From Cenarchaeum sp. (lineage in GTDB: Archaea > Thermoproteota > Nitrososphaeria > Nitrososphaerales > Nitrosopumilaceae): a DNA stretch of 64,000 bases. Numbering within the stretch: the first letter of the stretch is position 1; each line of letters starts with the position of its first letter. The stretch spans positions 640,001 to 704,000 of the forward strand of contig OY843768.1 in the NCBI GenBank assembly GCA_963693095.2. Direction: 5' to 3'. Below are positions 20,821-30,054 of this stretch, piece by piece. The notes beneath the pieces are model-generated. The model saw only the letters and a list, made by a program, of their open reading frames with translations. It was not told the DNA's origin and searched no databases. Made by a program: the position numbers and the translations under genes.

Positions 20821-22085
20821 TGGCAGTAGGGGGCAAGACGGCAGCAGTGGGCATAGTGGCCCTCATCGTCGGCATCACGATCGGCTTTTTTGCTACCGGC
20901 GGCAACACGATCGCCGACACGCCTGCTGCGCTCCCGCCCGGAGAGATGGGCATGGGGACCCAGGACACATACACGCTGGGCCACATTGCGCCACTGACAG
21001 GCGATCTCTCCCAGTATGGGCAGGACGGCATTGCCGCAGCGCGCCTGGCCGAGGCTGACTTTAACGAGTATCTCGAAAAGGTGGGCGCGACATGGCGGCT
21101 TGCGCTAGCGCACGAGGACAGCCAGACAAACCCCGTGCTCGCGCTAGAAAAGATCACTGCGCTCAAGGCCAGGGGCATTGACACGTCGATCATATACTCA
21201 AGCGCGGCGGTCAACTCGGTAAAGGGATATGTCGACGCAAACGGCATGGTCGTCATTAGCGCAACGTCGACTGCACCGCAGCTTGCGGTGTCCGGCGATG
21301 GCGTCTTTCGCCTTGTCCCGGATGACACAAGGCAGGGGCCGGCCCTCGCAGAGCTTGTGAGTGGCTCGGGAGTCGAGATCATGGTGCCGATCTGGCGTGG
21401 CGACACGTGGGGAGATGGCCTGCACAGGACAGCAGTGGACGCATTTGTGGCCATGGGAGGAACCGCTGATGAGGGAATTCGCTACAACCCCGAGTCACCC
21501 GCGCTCTCCGTGTCAGCATCGGTTCTTGCCGAGAGGGTCGGCGCACTAGTCGACGAGCATGGCGCGGATCGCGTTGGTGTCCTCACGATAGGGTTTGCCG
21601 AGACGCTCGAGCTCATGCAGGAGGCCTCTGTCCATGACATACTCGATGATGTCTTGTGGTTTTGCACGGACGGCATAACCAACAACAGCGCACTCATTGA
21701 TGACCCGATAGGGCTGGCGTTCGTCGAGTCAACGCGCCTGCGCGGCACACAGCCTGCGGCAGCCGAGACTCCACAGCGCACCGACGTTGAGGCGCGACTT
21801 GTGGACGAGCTTGGCCGTGTGCCAAACACGTACTCTTTTGGCGTGTATGACGCAGTCTGGCTCTTTGGCAAGTCTGTGCTAGAGTCAGGCAGCACGGACG
21901 CCGAGGCCATTCGCGCTGCGCTCCCGGCTGTTGCCGGCGCGCACAGCGGGGCCATAGGGCACACTGCGCTCAATGACGCTGGCGATCTCGACTCGGGAGA
22001 CTTTGCCATATGGGGAGTCATTGATGGCGAGTGGGAGGTCGTGGGGACATACATGTCACAGGCCGGCACGATAGCGCCCGCCTAG
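20817..22085 (+). CDS. Branched-chain amino acid ABC substrate-binding protein 2 (LivK-like)
   Basis: Paralog of the previous gene (APLTGD, STAPQL, WRGDTWGDGL, NDAGDL). Confidence 0.9.
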   Translation: MMAVGGKTAAVGIVALIVGITIGFFATGGNTIADTPAALPPGEMGMGTQDTYTLGHIAPLTGDLSQYGQDGIAAARLAEADFNEYLEKVGATWRLALAHEDSQTNPVLALEKITALKARGIDTSIIYSSAAVNSVKGYVDANGMVVISATSTAPQLAVSGDGVFRLVPDDTRQGPALAELVSGSGVEIMVPIWRGDTWGDGLHRTAVDAFVAMGGTADEGIRYNPESPALSVSASVLAERVGALVDEHGADRVGVLTIGFAETLELMQEASVHDILDDVLWFCTDGITNNSALIDDPIGLAFVESTRLRGTQPAAAETPQRTDVEARLVDELGRVPNTYSFGVYDAVWLFGKSVLESGSTDAEAIRAALPAVAGAHSGAIGHTALNDAGDLDSGDFAIWGVIDGEWEVVGTYMSQAGTIAPA

Positions 22086-22834
22086 CCAATTCCAAGGTAT
22101 AGCTTGCTCAGGTCGTCCCTGGCGAGGAGCTCGTCAGGGCTGCCGGCAAAGACCGCACCCCCGTTTGCGAGAACCGTCACCGCATCGCCAACCTCAAGGG
22201 CGCGCCTGACGTTCTGCTCCACGAGGACGATCGTGATGCCAAACTCCTCGCGCATCTTGCGGATCTCGTCGAGAACCTCGCCGGCAAGCTTGGGCGAGAG
22301 GTTTGCGGTGGGCTCGTCAAAGAGCATGACATCAGGCTTTCTGACAAGGGCCATGCCCATGGCGAGCATCTGGCGCTCACCGCCGCTGAGGGCCTCTGCG
22401 CGCTCGTCAGCATGCCTGACTAGCGCGGGAAATGTCTCCATGACTCCCTCGGCGCGAGAGCGCGCCTCCTCGTCGCCTAGCGTGTATCCGGCCATGACGA
22501 GGTTTTCGCGCACGCTGAGGTTGGTGAACACGTTCTTTACCTGCGGGAGGTACGCAATGCCCTCGCGCGCAATGCTGTGGGGCGCCATGCCAGTTATGTC
22601 GCGCTCTGCGTATGACACGCTGCCAGAGTGGACCGAGCACAGGCCAAACATGCTCTTTAGGAGCGTCGACTTGCCGCTGCCGTTGGGCCCGACAATCACG
22701 GTGATCTCGTTCTTTTTGGCATCAAAGTTCACGTCAGATATGACCGTGCTGCTGCCATATCCGGCCACGAGGCTGCGCGTCCTGATGAGTGGGGTATCAG
22801 CGGCCAAGGTATGACTCTGCGACTCGCTCGTCAT
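22082..22834 (-). CDS. livF: ABC ATP-binding protein, LivF-like
   Basis: GPNGSGKST, LSGGERQML, FDEPT, VEQN. Confidence 0.9.
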   Translation of the reverse strand: MTSESQSHTLAADTPLIRTRSLVAGYGSSTVISDVNFDAKKNEITVIVGPNGSGKSTLLKSMFGLCSVHSGSVSYAERDITGMAPHSIAREGIAYLPQVKNVFTNLSVRENLVMAGYTLGDEEARSRAEGVMETFPALVRHADERAEALSGGERQMLAMGMALVRKPDVMLFDEPTANLSPKLAGEVLDEIRKMREEFGITIVLVEQNVRRALEVGDAVTVLANGGAVFAGSPDELLARDDLSKLYLGIG

Positions 22835-23552
22835 TGACGATCTCGTCTGCGCTCCCACTTGCTATTATGCGACCGTGATCCATGGCAAAGACGTGGTCTG
22901 CGTACTTTAGCGATATGTCAAGGCGATGCTCTATGATGAGAAACGTGATTCCCGACTCTGAGGCCATGTCCTGTATGCCCTTGAATATGTCGTGGGCAAG
23001 CGTGGGGTTTACGCCCGCTATGGGCTCGTCCATGAGCAAGACGCGGGCATTGCCGACCTTTGCCTTTGCGAGCTCGAGGAGCTTGCGCTGGCCACCGCTA
23101 AGGCTGTCACTCCTTGTCACGAGCTTTTCATGCAGGCCTGATGATGAAAGCGCGCCTATGGCCATGCCCATCGCGCGCTTTTCGTCCTCCTTCCACACGT
23201 GGTGCAGCGGCGCGTTGCGGTACGACTCGCCCACATTGTCGCCTGTGGCGACGAGGACGTTCTCGAGCGCAGTCAGCATCGAGAATGACTGGGGTATCTG
23301 GAATGTGCGCACGAGGCCAAGGCGGTGCGTCTGGAGCATTGGGCTGTTTGTGATGTCCTCCTCGCCAAGCCTTACGCTTCCGGCATCGGCACGAAGCGCA
23401 CCAGAGATGACGTTTATGAGCGTCGTCTTGCCGCTGCCGTTGGGCCCGATAAGCTGGTGAATCCTGCCCTCCTCTAGGTCCATGTCCACGCCGTCGAGGA
23501 CGACTAGGCCGCCGAAGAGCTTGCGCACGCCCCTGACCTGCAGTATTGCCAT
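22797..23552 (-). CDS. livG: ABC ATP-binding protein, LivG-like
   Basis: GPNGSGKTT, RTFQ, LSGGQRK, DEPIAGVNP, IEH. Confidence 0.9.
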   Translation of the reverse strand: MAILQVRGVRKLFGGLVVLDGVDMDLEEGRIHQLIGPNGSGKTTLINVISGALRADAGSVRLGEEDITNSPMLQTHRLGLVRTFQIPQSFSMLTALENVLVATGDNVGESYRNAPLHHVWKEDEKRAMGMAIGALSSSGLHEKLVTRSDSLSGGQRKLLELAKAKVGNARVLLMDEPIAGVNPTLAHDIFKGIQDMASESGITFLIIEHRLDISLKYADHVFAMDHGRIIASGSADEIVNDERVAESYLGR

Positions 23553-23820
23553 TGCAGCAAGCGCCTCGACTGGGCAGAATTAAGGGTTTTGAGGCGCCTG
23601 CGCCAACTGGCAGCTCGTGCCCCCTGCCCGCCTCCACACCGCAGAAGCATTGCCGCGACGCGAGACCGGCAGATGCCCACGGCACTCTTAAATCCGCGCG
23701 TCAGGGCACATCGCGCATGACGCGAGGTGCAAGAGCCCATGCGCAGCCGTGCGCTGAACCCACACCCTGGCCAGCCGACCAGTCGCGCCGCGCACACCCG
23801 TTGGGGCGGAAACGGGCACC

Positions 23821-24834
23821 ATGATCAGGCTCAGGCTCTGGCATGTGCCGGTGATCGGCACTGTCGTGGCAGCAGCGGCAGTCCTTCTCGTCTCGCCGGA
23901 TCTGTCGCCAGACCCGATATTCTCTGCGGCCATCATATACTCTAGCCTTCTTGTGCTCCTTGCGCTGGGACTCACGATGACATACATGACAACACGCGTG
24001 CCAAACTTTGCGCACGCGTCGGCTGCGACGATCGGCGTGTATGCCGCCCTCGTGGTGTCGCGCGTGTGGGAGCTCTCGCCATACCTGTCAATACCCATAG
24101 CCTTTGGAATTGCGGGAGCCTCGTCAATTGCGCTATACACGTTCATACTAAAGCCGCTCATACGCAAGAACGCCTCGCAGGCAATACAGATGATATCGAC
24201 GCTGGCATTTGACCTTGTGCTCATTGCGGCCCTGAACATAACGGCAGACTATATTGTGCGCACGTACCATGTCACGGCCCGCGAGTTTACGCTTCGCAGC
24301 TATGATGCGCAGGTTGGCGATCTTCCGGCGGTTCTCTTTGTGGCACCTGTGGTCATTGCCGGAATCGTGATTGCCCTGCACATTATGCTAAAGCACACGC
24401 GCTTTGGAATTGCAATGCGCGCGACGATTGAAAACCCCGACCTGTCTAGCGTTGTGGGCATTAATGTTCGAAACGTGTATGCCGTGTCGTGGTTTATTGG
24501 CGGTGGTCTAGCAGGCGTGGCCGGAGCGCTAATGTCATTGTGGTTTCAGGGCGATCCCGGACTCGGCGCACTCTTGATACCGAGCATATTTGCGGCTAGC
24601 ATAGTCGGGGGATTTATGAGCATATATGGCGCGATCGCAGGCGGGATTCTCGTTGGGCTCACGGAGATACTTGGCACGCGCTGGCTTGCCGGCGAGCTGG
24701 GCCCATGGGTCATTGCGTACAGGCCGCTAGTCCCGCTCATATTCATCGTAATCACGCTGATGATCGTGCCGCGCGGTCTGGCAAGCGTCGACTGGCGCGC
24801 ACTGGGGAGGAGGTTGCATGTCATTAGGGCCTGA
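23821..24834 (+). CDS. livH: Branched-chain amino acid ABC permease, LivH-like
   Basis: ALGLT, NFAH, TRFGIAMRA, ASIVGG. Confidence 0.9.
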   Translation: MIRLRLWHVPVIGTVVAAAAVLLVSPDLSPDPIFSAAIIYSSLLVLLALGLTMTYMTTRVPNFAHASAATIGVYAALVVSRVWELSPYLSIPIAFGIAGASSIALYTFILKPLIRKNASQAIQMISTLAFDLVLIAALNITADYIVRTYHVTAREFTLRSYDAQVGDLPAVLFVAPVVIAGIVIALHIMLKHTRFGIAMRATIENPDLSSVVGINVRNVYAVSWFIGGGLAGVAGALMSLWFQGDPGLGALLIPSIFAASIVGGFMSIYGAIAGGILVGLTEILGTRWLAGELGPWVIAYRPLVPLIFIVITLMIVPRGLASVDWRALGRRLHVIRA

Positions 24835-25900
24835 GGTGACGTTCTTTGTCGACCTCCTTGCGATATACTCGATATACCTGATAATCAACACGAGCCTAAA
24901 CCTCGAGTTTGGCTACGCGGGAATCCCGAACTTTGGAAAGGTTCTCGCAGTGGGCGCCGGCGCGTTTGTCGCAGCGGCCATACCGGGGCGCATACTGGCA
25001 AACATGGCGGGCATCGAGGGCGACTATATCACCGAGAACATATCCATAATGTCGCAGGTCAACACATGGCTCGTTGACAATACGGGAGTCGGGTTTATCG
25101 TCTTCTTTGTCACGCTGGCGATCGCCGGAGTCGTGGGAGCTGTCCTTGGCCTCCTCACGGCATATCCGGCCATACGGCTGCGCGGGGACTATCTCGCGAT
25201 AACGCTTCTTGCGTTTGGCGAGGGAATGCGCGTAATCGGGATCAACTATACAGAGATCGCCGGAGGCACACTCGGCGTGCAGCTTCCGGATCCGCTCGTG
25301 TGGCTGCCGCAGGACTTGAGGTTTCCAATAGCCACCGTTGGCCTCGTAGCGATGGCAGCCGTGGCCATGATCTACAGCGACAGGCTCGTGCGCTCCCCGC
25401 TAGGGCGCCTCTTGCGCGCCGTGCGGGACAACGAGGTCGCCGCCGAGTCTGTCGGCAAGGACGTCATGCGCGCACGCGTAAAGACGATAATGATAGCAGC
25501 CGCGATGGCCGGAATCGCCGGCGCAATGTACGCGTTTTATGTCGGCGGCGCAATATCGTTTGCGTATGACCGCCTCAACTGGACGTTCTGGCCGTTCATG
25601 ATGATACTCATCGGCGGACTTGCCAATAGCCGCGGGGTCCTGCTCGGCACGCTTCTCTTTGTGCTTGTGCGCAAGCTCATCACGTTCTACAAGGACTCGC
25701 TGCAGGGCTTTGTCCCCTTTGACGTCGTCTGGCTCGACTATCTCCTTCTTGGGGCAGTCCTCCTTGCGGTCCTCCTCTACAGGCCACAGGGCCTGCTCTC
25801 AGAAAAGGCGACTCCGACAATTCGCGTGCCCGGCCTGCCGCGCGAGGAGTCAATCCTCTCGCGCCTTGGCGGCATTGCGCGCCGGCTTGCCGGCGCCTAG
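24818..25900 (+). CDS. livM: Branched-chain amino acid ABC permease, LivM-like
   Basis: GYAGIPNFG, LRGDYLAI, SPLGR.LRAVRDNE, YRPQGL. Confidence 0.9.
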   Translation: MSLGPEVTFFVDLLAIYSIYLIINTSLNLEFGYAGIPNFGKVLAVGAGAFVAAAIPGRILANMAGIEGDYITENISIMSQVNTWLVDNTGVGFIVFFVTLAIAGVVGAVLGLLTAYPAIRLRGDYLAITLLAFGEGMRVIGINYTEIAGGTLGVQLPDPLVWLPQDLRFPIATVGLVAMAAVAMIYSDRLVRSPLGRLLRAVRDNEVAAESVGKDVMRARVKTIMIAAAMAGIAGAMYAFYVGGAISFAYDRLNWTFWPFMMILIGGLANSRGVLLGTLLFVLVRKLITFYKDSLQGFVPFDVVWLDYLLLGAVLLAVLLYRPQGLLSEKATPTIRVPGLPREESILSRLGGIARRLAGA

Positions 25901-27129
25901 CGCGACTTTTTCAGCCGTGATATCTCGGCGGCCACTAGGGGCAGGAATGCCCCAACGTCAGTCACCACGCCTAGTGCTTGCCACGTGCCGCGATCCATCA
26001 GCTTTGTGACTGTCGGCTGGCTAATGTCCACGACGACGACCTTTACGTCTGCAGGGAGCATATTTCCAGTCGCTATCGAGTGGAGCATCGTTGAGACCAT
26101 CATGACCATGTCGGCGTCCTTTAGGACCTTGCGGTACTCGCGCTGGGCCTCGACCATGTCGGTGATGACGCCAGGCAGCGGCCCGTCATCGCGTATAGAG
26201 GCGGCGAGAACCAGGGGCACATGCCCCTTTATGCACTCGTACACTATGCCGCGCCGGAGCTTGCGCGTGGAGACCATTCTCGAAAACGTGCCGGCCTTGA
26301 AGACAGAGTTTATCGCGTCCATGTGGTTGCGATGGCCGCGCACGGCAAGTGTCCCGTCGCGCACGTTCATTCCAAGGGACGTGCCCATCGTGGCGTACTC
26401 TATGTCGTGGACGGCTAGCGCGTTTCCGGCCAGGACGGCATCAATGAGCCCCGCTCGTATCATTCCGGCCACGGCGTCAGCTGCGCCCGTGTGCACTATT
26501 GCCGGACCGCCGACTAGGACTATGCGCCCGCCGCGCGCCTTTGTGCGAACAATGTCCTCGGCGACGCGCCTTGCTATGTGCTGCGTTGGCCTCTCACTAG
26601 AGCTGCTGCTTCCCATGAACTCAAAGACGTTGACGCCCTCGCGTGGCCTCTGCGGCGGCGTGACGCGGACTCCGGACTCCCCAGTGACGATCTTGTCACC
26701 GCGCTTTACGTGGCGTACGGGCATGCACGAGGCGCGCCCTCCCTTGATCACGATGCACTTGTCCATCATCATGTTGTCCACCTCGACCCACTTGCCATCG
26801 ACGCGCACGTGCGTGCGGTTGTTCGTCGTGCTGTAAAAGTTCGCAGGCATCACCATGTCTCGCTGTGCGACGCGCACCACCGCATTCTTTGGCTCACTCG
26901 AGGTTGCGCCGTGGCGATACACGTGCTCTAGTATGCTCTCAAGGCCACCTTCCGTGTCTGCGCGAACGAGGAGACGGGCGCTGCTCTTGTCCTTTTTGCG
27001 CTTTCCGATCTCCATGTTTAGGACCTCAAACTCGCCGTCCATGTCCATGATGGAGTCAAAGACCCTTGACAGGGTCATAGAGTCGACAATGTGCCCCTTT
27101 ACCTCGATCTCTTGCTCGTGCCGCGCCAT
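25897..27129 (-). CDS. TIGR00300/LOR-SDH-related family protein (ornithine cyclodeaminase-like)
   Basis: GHIVDS, FYSTTN, FEFMGSSSSSER, GNALAVHDIE, SIRDDGPLP, LHSIATGN. Confidence 0.9.
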   Translation of the reverse strand: MARHEQEIEVKGHIVDSMTLSRVFDSIMDMDGEFEVLNMEIGKRKKDKSSARLLVRADTEGGLESILEHVYRHGATSSEPKNAVVRVAQRDMVMPANFYSTTNNRTHVRVDGKWVEVDNMMMDKCIVIKGGRASCMPVRHVKRGDKIVTGESGVRVTPPQRPREGVNVFEFMGSSSSSERPTQHIARRVAEDIVRTKARGGRIVLVGGPAIVHTGAADAVAGMIRAGLIDAVLAGNALAVHDIEYATMGTSLGMNVRDGTLAVRGHRNHMDAINSVFKAGTFSRMVSTRKLRRGIVYECIKGHVPLVLAASIRDDGPLPGVITDMVEAQREYRKVLKDADMVMMVSTMLHSIATGNMLPADVKVVVVDISQPTVTKLMDRGTWQALGVVTDVGAFLPLVAAEISRLKKSR

Positions 27130-27219
27130 CGCGCAGCACAATTGTGTGCGATAACTAAAACCTTGCCTTGCGCTGGGCGTGGGGGCTGCCCGCATGAAGG
27201 GGCAGGTCCGCGCGCAGGC

Positions 27220-27570
27220 CTAGACTGGCAGGGTCACCTCTCCCTTGAACTCGTGCAGGCCGTCAATGTCCAGGTCGCCGAGGAGGCGCTTTTTTTGCTC
27301 CTCGGTGACGTTTTGCACAATTGCCTTTGCCATGCCTTCAGAGTCAACTAGTGCGAGAAGGTACCCGCTTCCGTCAGCGAGGACAAACCCCGGCGCGTTT
27401 GACACAAAGGCGTACATCGTCTCCTCGCCGACAGGCTCCCATGACGCGCTGCTAGTCGTGTTGCGCAGCGCGAGTGCCGGAAGCGCGCCATCGCCGGCGA
27501 TTGCGCCAAGATACTCGCGTGCCTTGGCCACCCTCTTCTGTCCCACCTTTAGGGCCGCAAAATAGCGCAT
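27220..27570 (-). CDS. Hypothetical protein
   Basis: Clean ORF with host-like codon usage in a minus-strand gene run. Confidence 0.75.
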   Translation of the reverse strand: MRYFAALKVGQKRVAKAREYLGAIAGDGALPALALRNTTSSASWEPVGEETMYAFVSNAPGFVLADGSGYLLALVDSEGMAKAIVQNVTEEQKKRLLGDLDIDGLHEFKGEVTLPV

Positions 27571-27621
27571 TCTGGCACGCTCACGCGCCGTCGCCGATAT
27601 AATTGTGTGGGAGAACCGCAC

Positions 27622-27936
27622 TCACTTGTCGCCGCGGGGCGCGCCGACCATGTCGCCCTCGGGGACGTCCTGGTCCCATGTCCCCCTTGCGCCCTTTACC
27701 AGGGCAAATCCGGCAGCGCCGACTAGCGCAATCGGCAGCGCGATGGCCCATGTGCTCTCTGCGAGAACCTCGTCGCAGTCACGCGCCATACTGCCCGAGT
27801 CATCAAAGTTGCGGCACTTTTCAAACGTCTCGGCCTGCATGGCCGCATTGACATACACGGATCCAAACACGCCAAAGGTGACTAGTGCGGCAAACGCAAG
27901 CGCAACGCCGGCAACAACAAATCTCATGTCACTCAT
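27622..27936 (-). CDS. Small two-TM membrane protein
   Basis: Two hydrophobic segments with a Cys pair between them; 4-bp overlap with the upstream gene. Confidence 0.8.
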   Translation of the reverse strand: MSDMRFVVAGVALAFAALVTFGVFGSVYVNAAMQAETFEKCRNFDDSGSMARDCDEVLAESTWAIALPIALVGAAGFALVKGARGTWDQDVPEGDMVGAPRGDK

Positions 27937-28400
27937 CGCGCCGCGCCCTCGACAAGCCTCTTTAGGCTCCCTAGTGATGCCGTGTAGAGCGTGCCTAGCG
28001 ACGCGGCGACACGGCCAAACTCGCCGCTAGTGGCCTCTGCGTCAAAATAGGATCTCCACGTGACACGCGCGGCCCCGCGCCCCACCGGCACTATCCCGAT
28101 TGTCGCGTGGTACGAGTCCAGTGGAAGCCCGTCTAGCATGATGTACGATATGTACTTGCCCTCGACCCATCCGACGATCCTCTCGCTTACGACTGCCCCG
28201 TCATCAAACTTTATTGTCCGCCCCGCGCCGATCCCGCTGCGCACAGAAGAGTGCGCCTTGACGCCCTTTACCCCGCTGACCCACCGGCCCATATCCATCA
28301 CCTTGCTGACCCTTGCCCACACCGCCCGTGACTCTGCCCTGATGAGCACGCTGCGGCTAACGGTGCCGCTCCGGTGGGCCTTTGCCGAGCTTTTGGCCAT
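27933..28400 (-). CDS. SRPBCC/polyketide cyclase-family protein
   Basis: VSRSVLIRA..AVW, GIGAGR, ERI, ISY, VTW pattern. Confidence 0.85.
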   Translation of the reverse strand: MAKSSAKAHRSGTVSRSVLIRAESRAVWARVSKVMDMGRWVSGVKGVKAHSSVRSGIGAGRTIKFDDGAVVSERIVGWVEGKYISYIMLDGLPLDSYHATIGIVPVGRGAARVTWRSYFDAEATSGEFGRVAASLGTLYTASLGSLKRLVEGAAR

Positions 28401-28476
28401 GTGCCCCCTTTGCAGGCGCGCCGCGTATTAAATCTTGAAAAAACGCATAAAACTCCCCACTGCACGAGGCGCGCCA

Positions 28477-29763
28477 ATGGTGTTTGGATGGAAAAAAAAG
28501 GCCCCGCCTGCCGAGCCGCAGCGCATGGAGGCCCCGCGCGAGATAGAGATCTCTAGCATCGGCGCCGAGCTCGACCGCCTGTCCTCGGCTCGGCGCGAGC
28601 GCCTCGTCAGTGACGCAAAGTCGATCGTCGGGAGCATCGGCGGCGGCCTCGGCGAGATGCTCGGGATGGTCGAGCAGCTCGAGCGCGAGGAGCTCATAGA
28701 GGAGGAGACTGACAGGCACATCCGCGCGATCGTGAATCGCGGCAAGAAGCAGGTTATCGCGATAATAAGGAGGGAGGCAAAGGCCGGAATCCCGGACGTG
28801 CGCGAGTACCAGGACGTCATCGAGGCCAACCGCGAGGCCCATCGCATACTAAAGATCATAGGGGATGTCCTTGGACGGCAGACGCGCGTCATCCACATAT
28901 TTGCCAAAAAATACGCAACGCGACTAAAGTCCACACTGTCAACACTCAACACAAAAAAGGACGAGCTCGCGCGCGCTGTGCGTGACCACGAGTCATTCGA
29001 GTCATCTGTCAAGGACATACGTGAACGCATAGTTGCATTCGACGCGCTGCGTGAACGCGCGCGCAGCTCGTCAGGACGAGTGGCGGCCATCGTCGAGGAG
29101 CTGGGCAAACAACGCGAGGTACAGCAGGCAGCATCAGAAAAAATATCGACGATCATGTCGACGCCCGAGTTCGCCGAACGCTCTAAACATCTTGAGGCGC
29201 TTGAAAAGTTAGGTGCCGAGCGAACCGCACTTGATCGGGAGATAGGCGGATCATTTGCAAGGATAAGCCGTCCACTCTCAAAGTACGTCTATGTCACCTC
29301 GCTTGACAAGGAGAAAAAAACCGTAATGGCCAGGATGCTTGCCGAGCCGGCAGCCGCCCTGCGCGAGTCCGGCCCTGACATTGTGCTTGACATACTTGTT
29401 CACGTCAGAAAGGCAGTCTCATCGGCATCTGTCTCCGTAAAGGACATATCGAAATCCGAGGAGCAGATTGACGCAGTGTCTGAGGGTCTTGGGGAGTTTG
29501 TCTCGCGCATGGCCTCACTGGAGGAGCGCAAGGGTGAGATTGCCGAGCGCGTTCGCTCCTTTGACTCCTCGCAGCTTGACTCTGCGCGCGCAACGCTCGA
29601 GCGGGCCACGTCTGACATTGCGGCACTGGAGTCGCGCGAGCGCGAGATTCGGGCCGATGCCGTGGCCGCCGAGGCCGAGATTCCCTCGGCCCTCAGTGCC
29701 CTCGAGTCGCGCATGCGCGCCGTGACGTCAGTCGCGTATACGGTCCGGATGCCAGACGCCTAG
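28477..29763 (+). CDS. Coiled-coil protein
   Basis: MVFGWKKK start and long heptad E/R/K-rich helices; no Walker A motif. Confidence 0.8.
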   Translation: MVFGWKKKAPPAEPQRMEAPREIEISSIGAELDRLSSARRERLVSDAKSIVGSIGGGLGEMLGMVEQLEREELIEEETDRHIRAIVNRGKKQVIAIIRREAKAGIPDVREYQDVIEANREAHRILKIIGDVLGRQTRVIHIFAKKYATRLKSTLSTLNTKKDELARAVRDHESFESSVKDIRERIVAFDALRERARSSSGRVAAIVEELGKQREVQQAASEKISTIMSTPEFAERSKHLEALEKLGAERTALDREIGGSFARISRPLSKYVYVTSLDKEKKTVMARMLAEPAAALRESGPDIVLDILVHVRKAVSSASVSVKDISKSEEQIDAVSEGLGEFVSRMASLEERKGEIAERVRSFDSSQLDSARATLERATSDIAALESREREIRADAVAAEAEIPSALSALESRMRAVTSVAYTVRMPDA

Positions 29764-30054
29764 CAATCGGGTTCTGCAGGCTGGTCAGATCTAGTAGTGT
29801 CACACTTTGCCGTGCGGGCGCTGCCGTGACGGCATTGGCAGGCGTCATGGCGGTAGCCGACAACACCAGATCTAAATATCTCATACCATGATCATGTTTT
29901 GTCATTATACCCCCTAACTTTTTGTGATTTTGGGCATTTTTCACACTTTTTCAAGGGGTATTTGATCACTGTTCAAAAACCAAATGATTTTTACTTTTCT
30001 TTATATACTCATTTGGCATTTCTTTATAAAGAGATAGTGGCCTGACTGGCACGG

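Noticed and set aside
28477-29763. SbcC/Rad50 or SMC ATPase
   Set aside because: Coiled coil only, with no Walker A/B or signature motifs.
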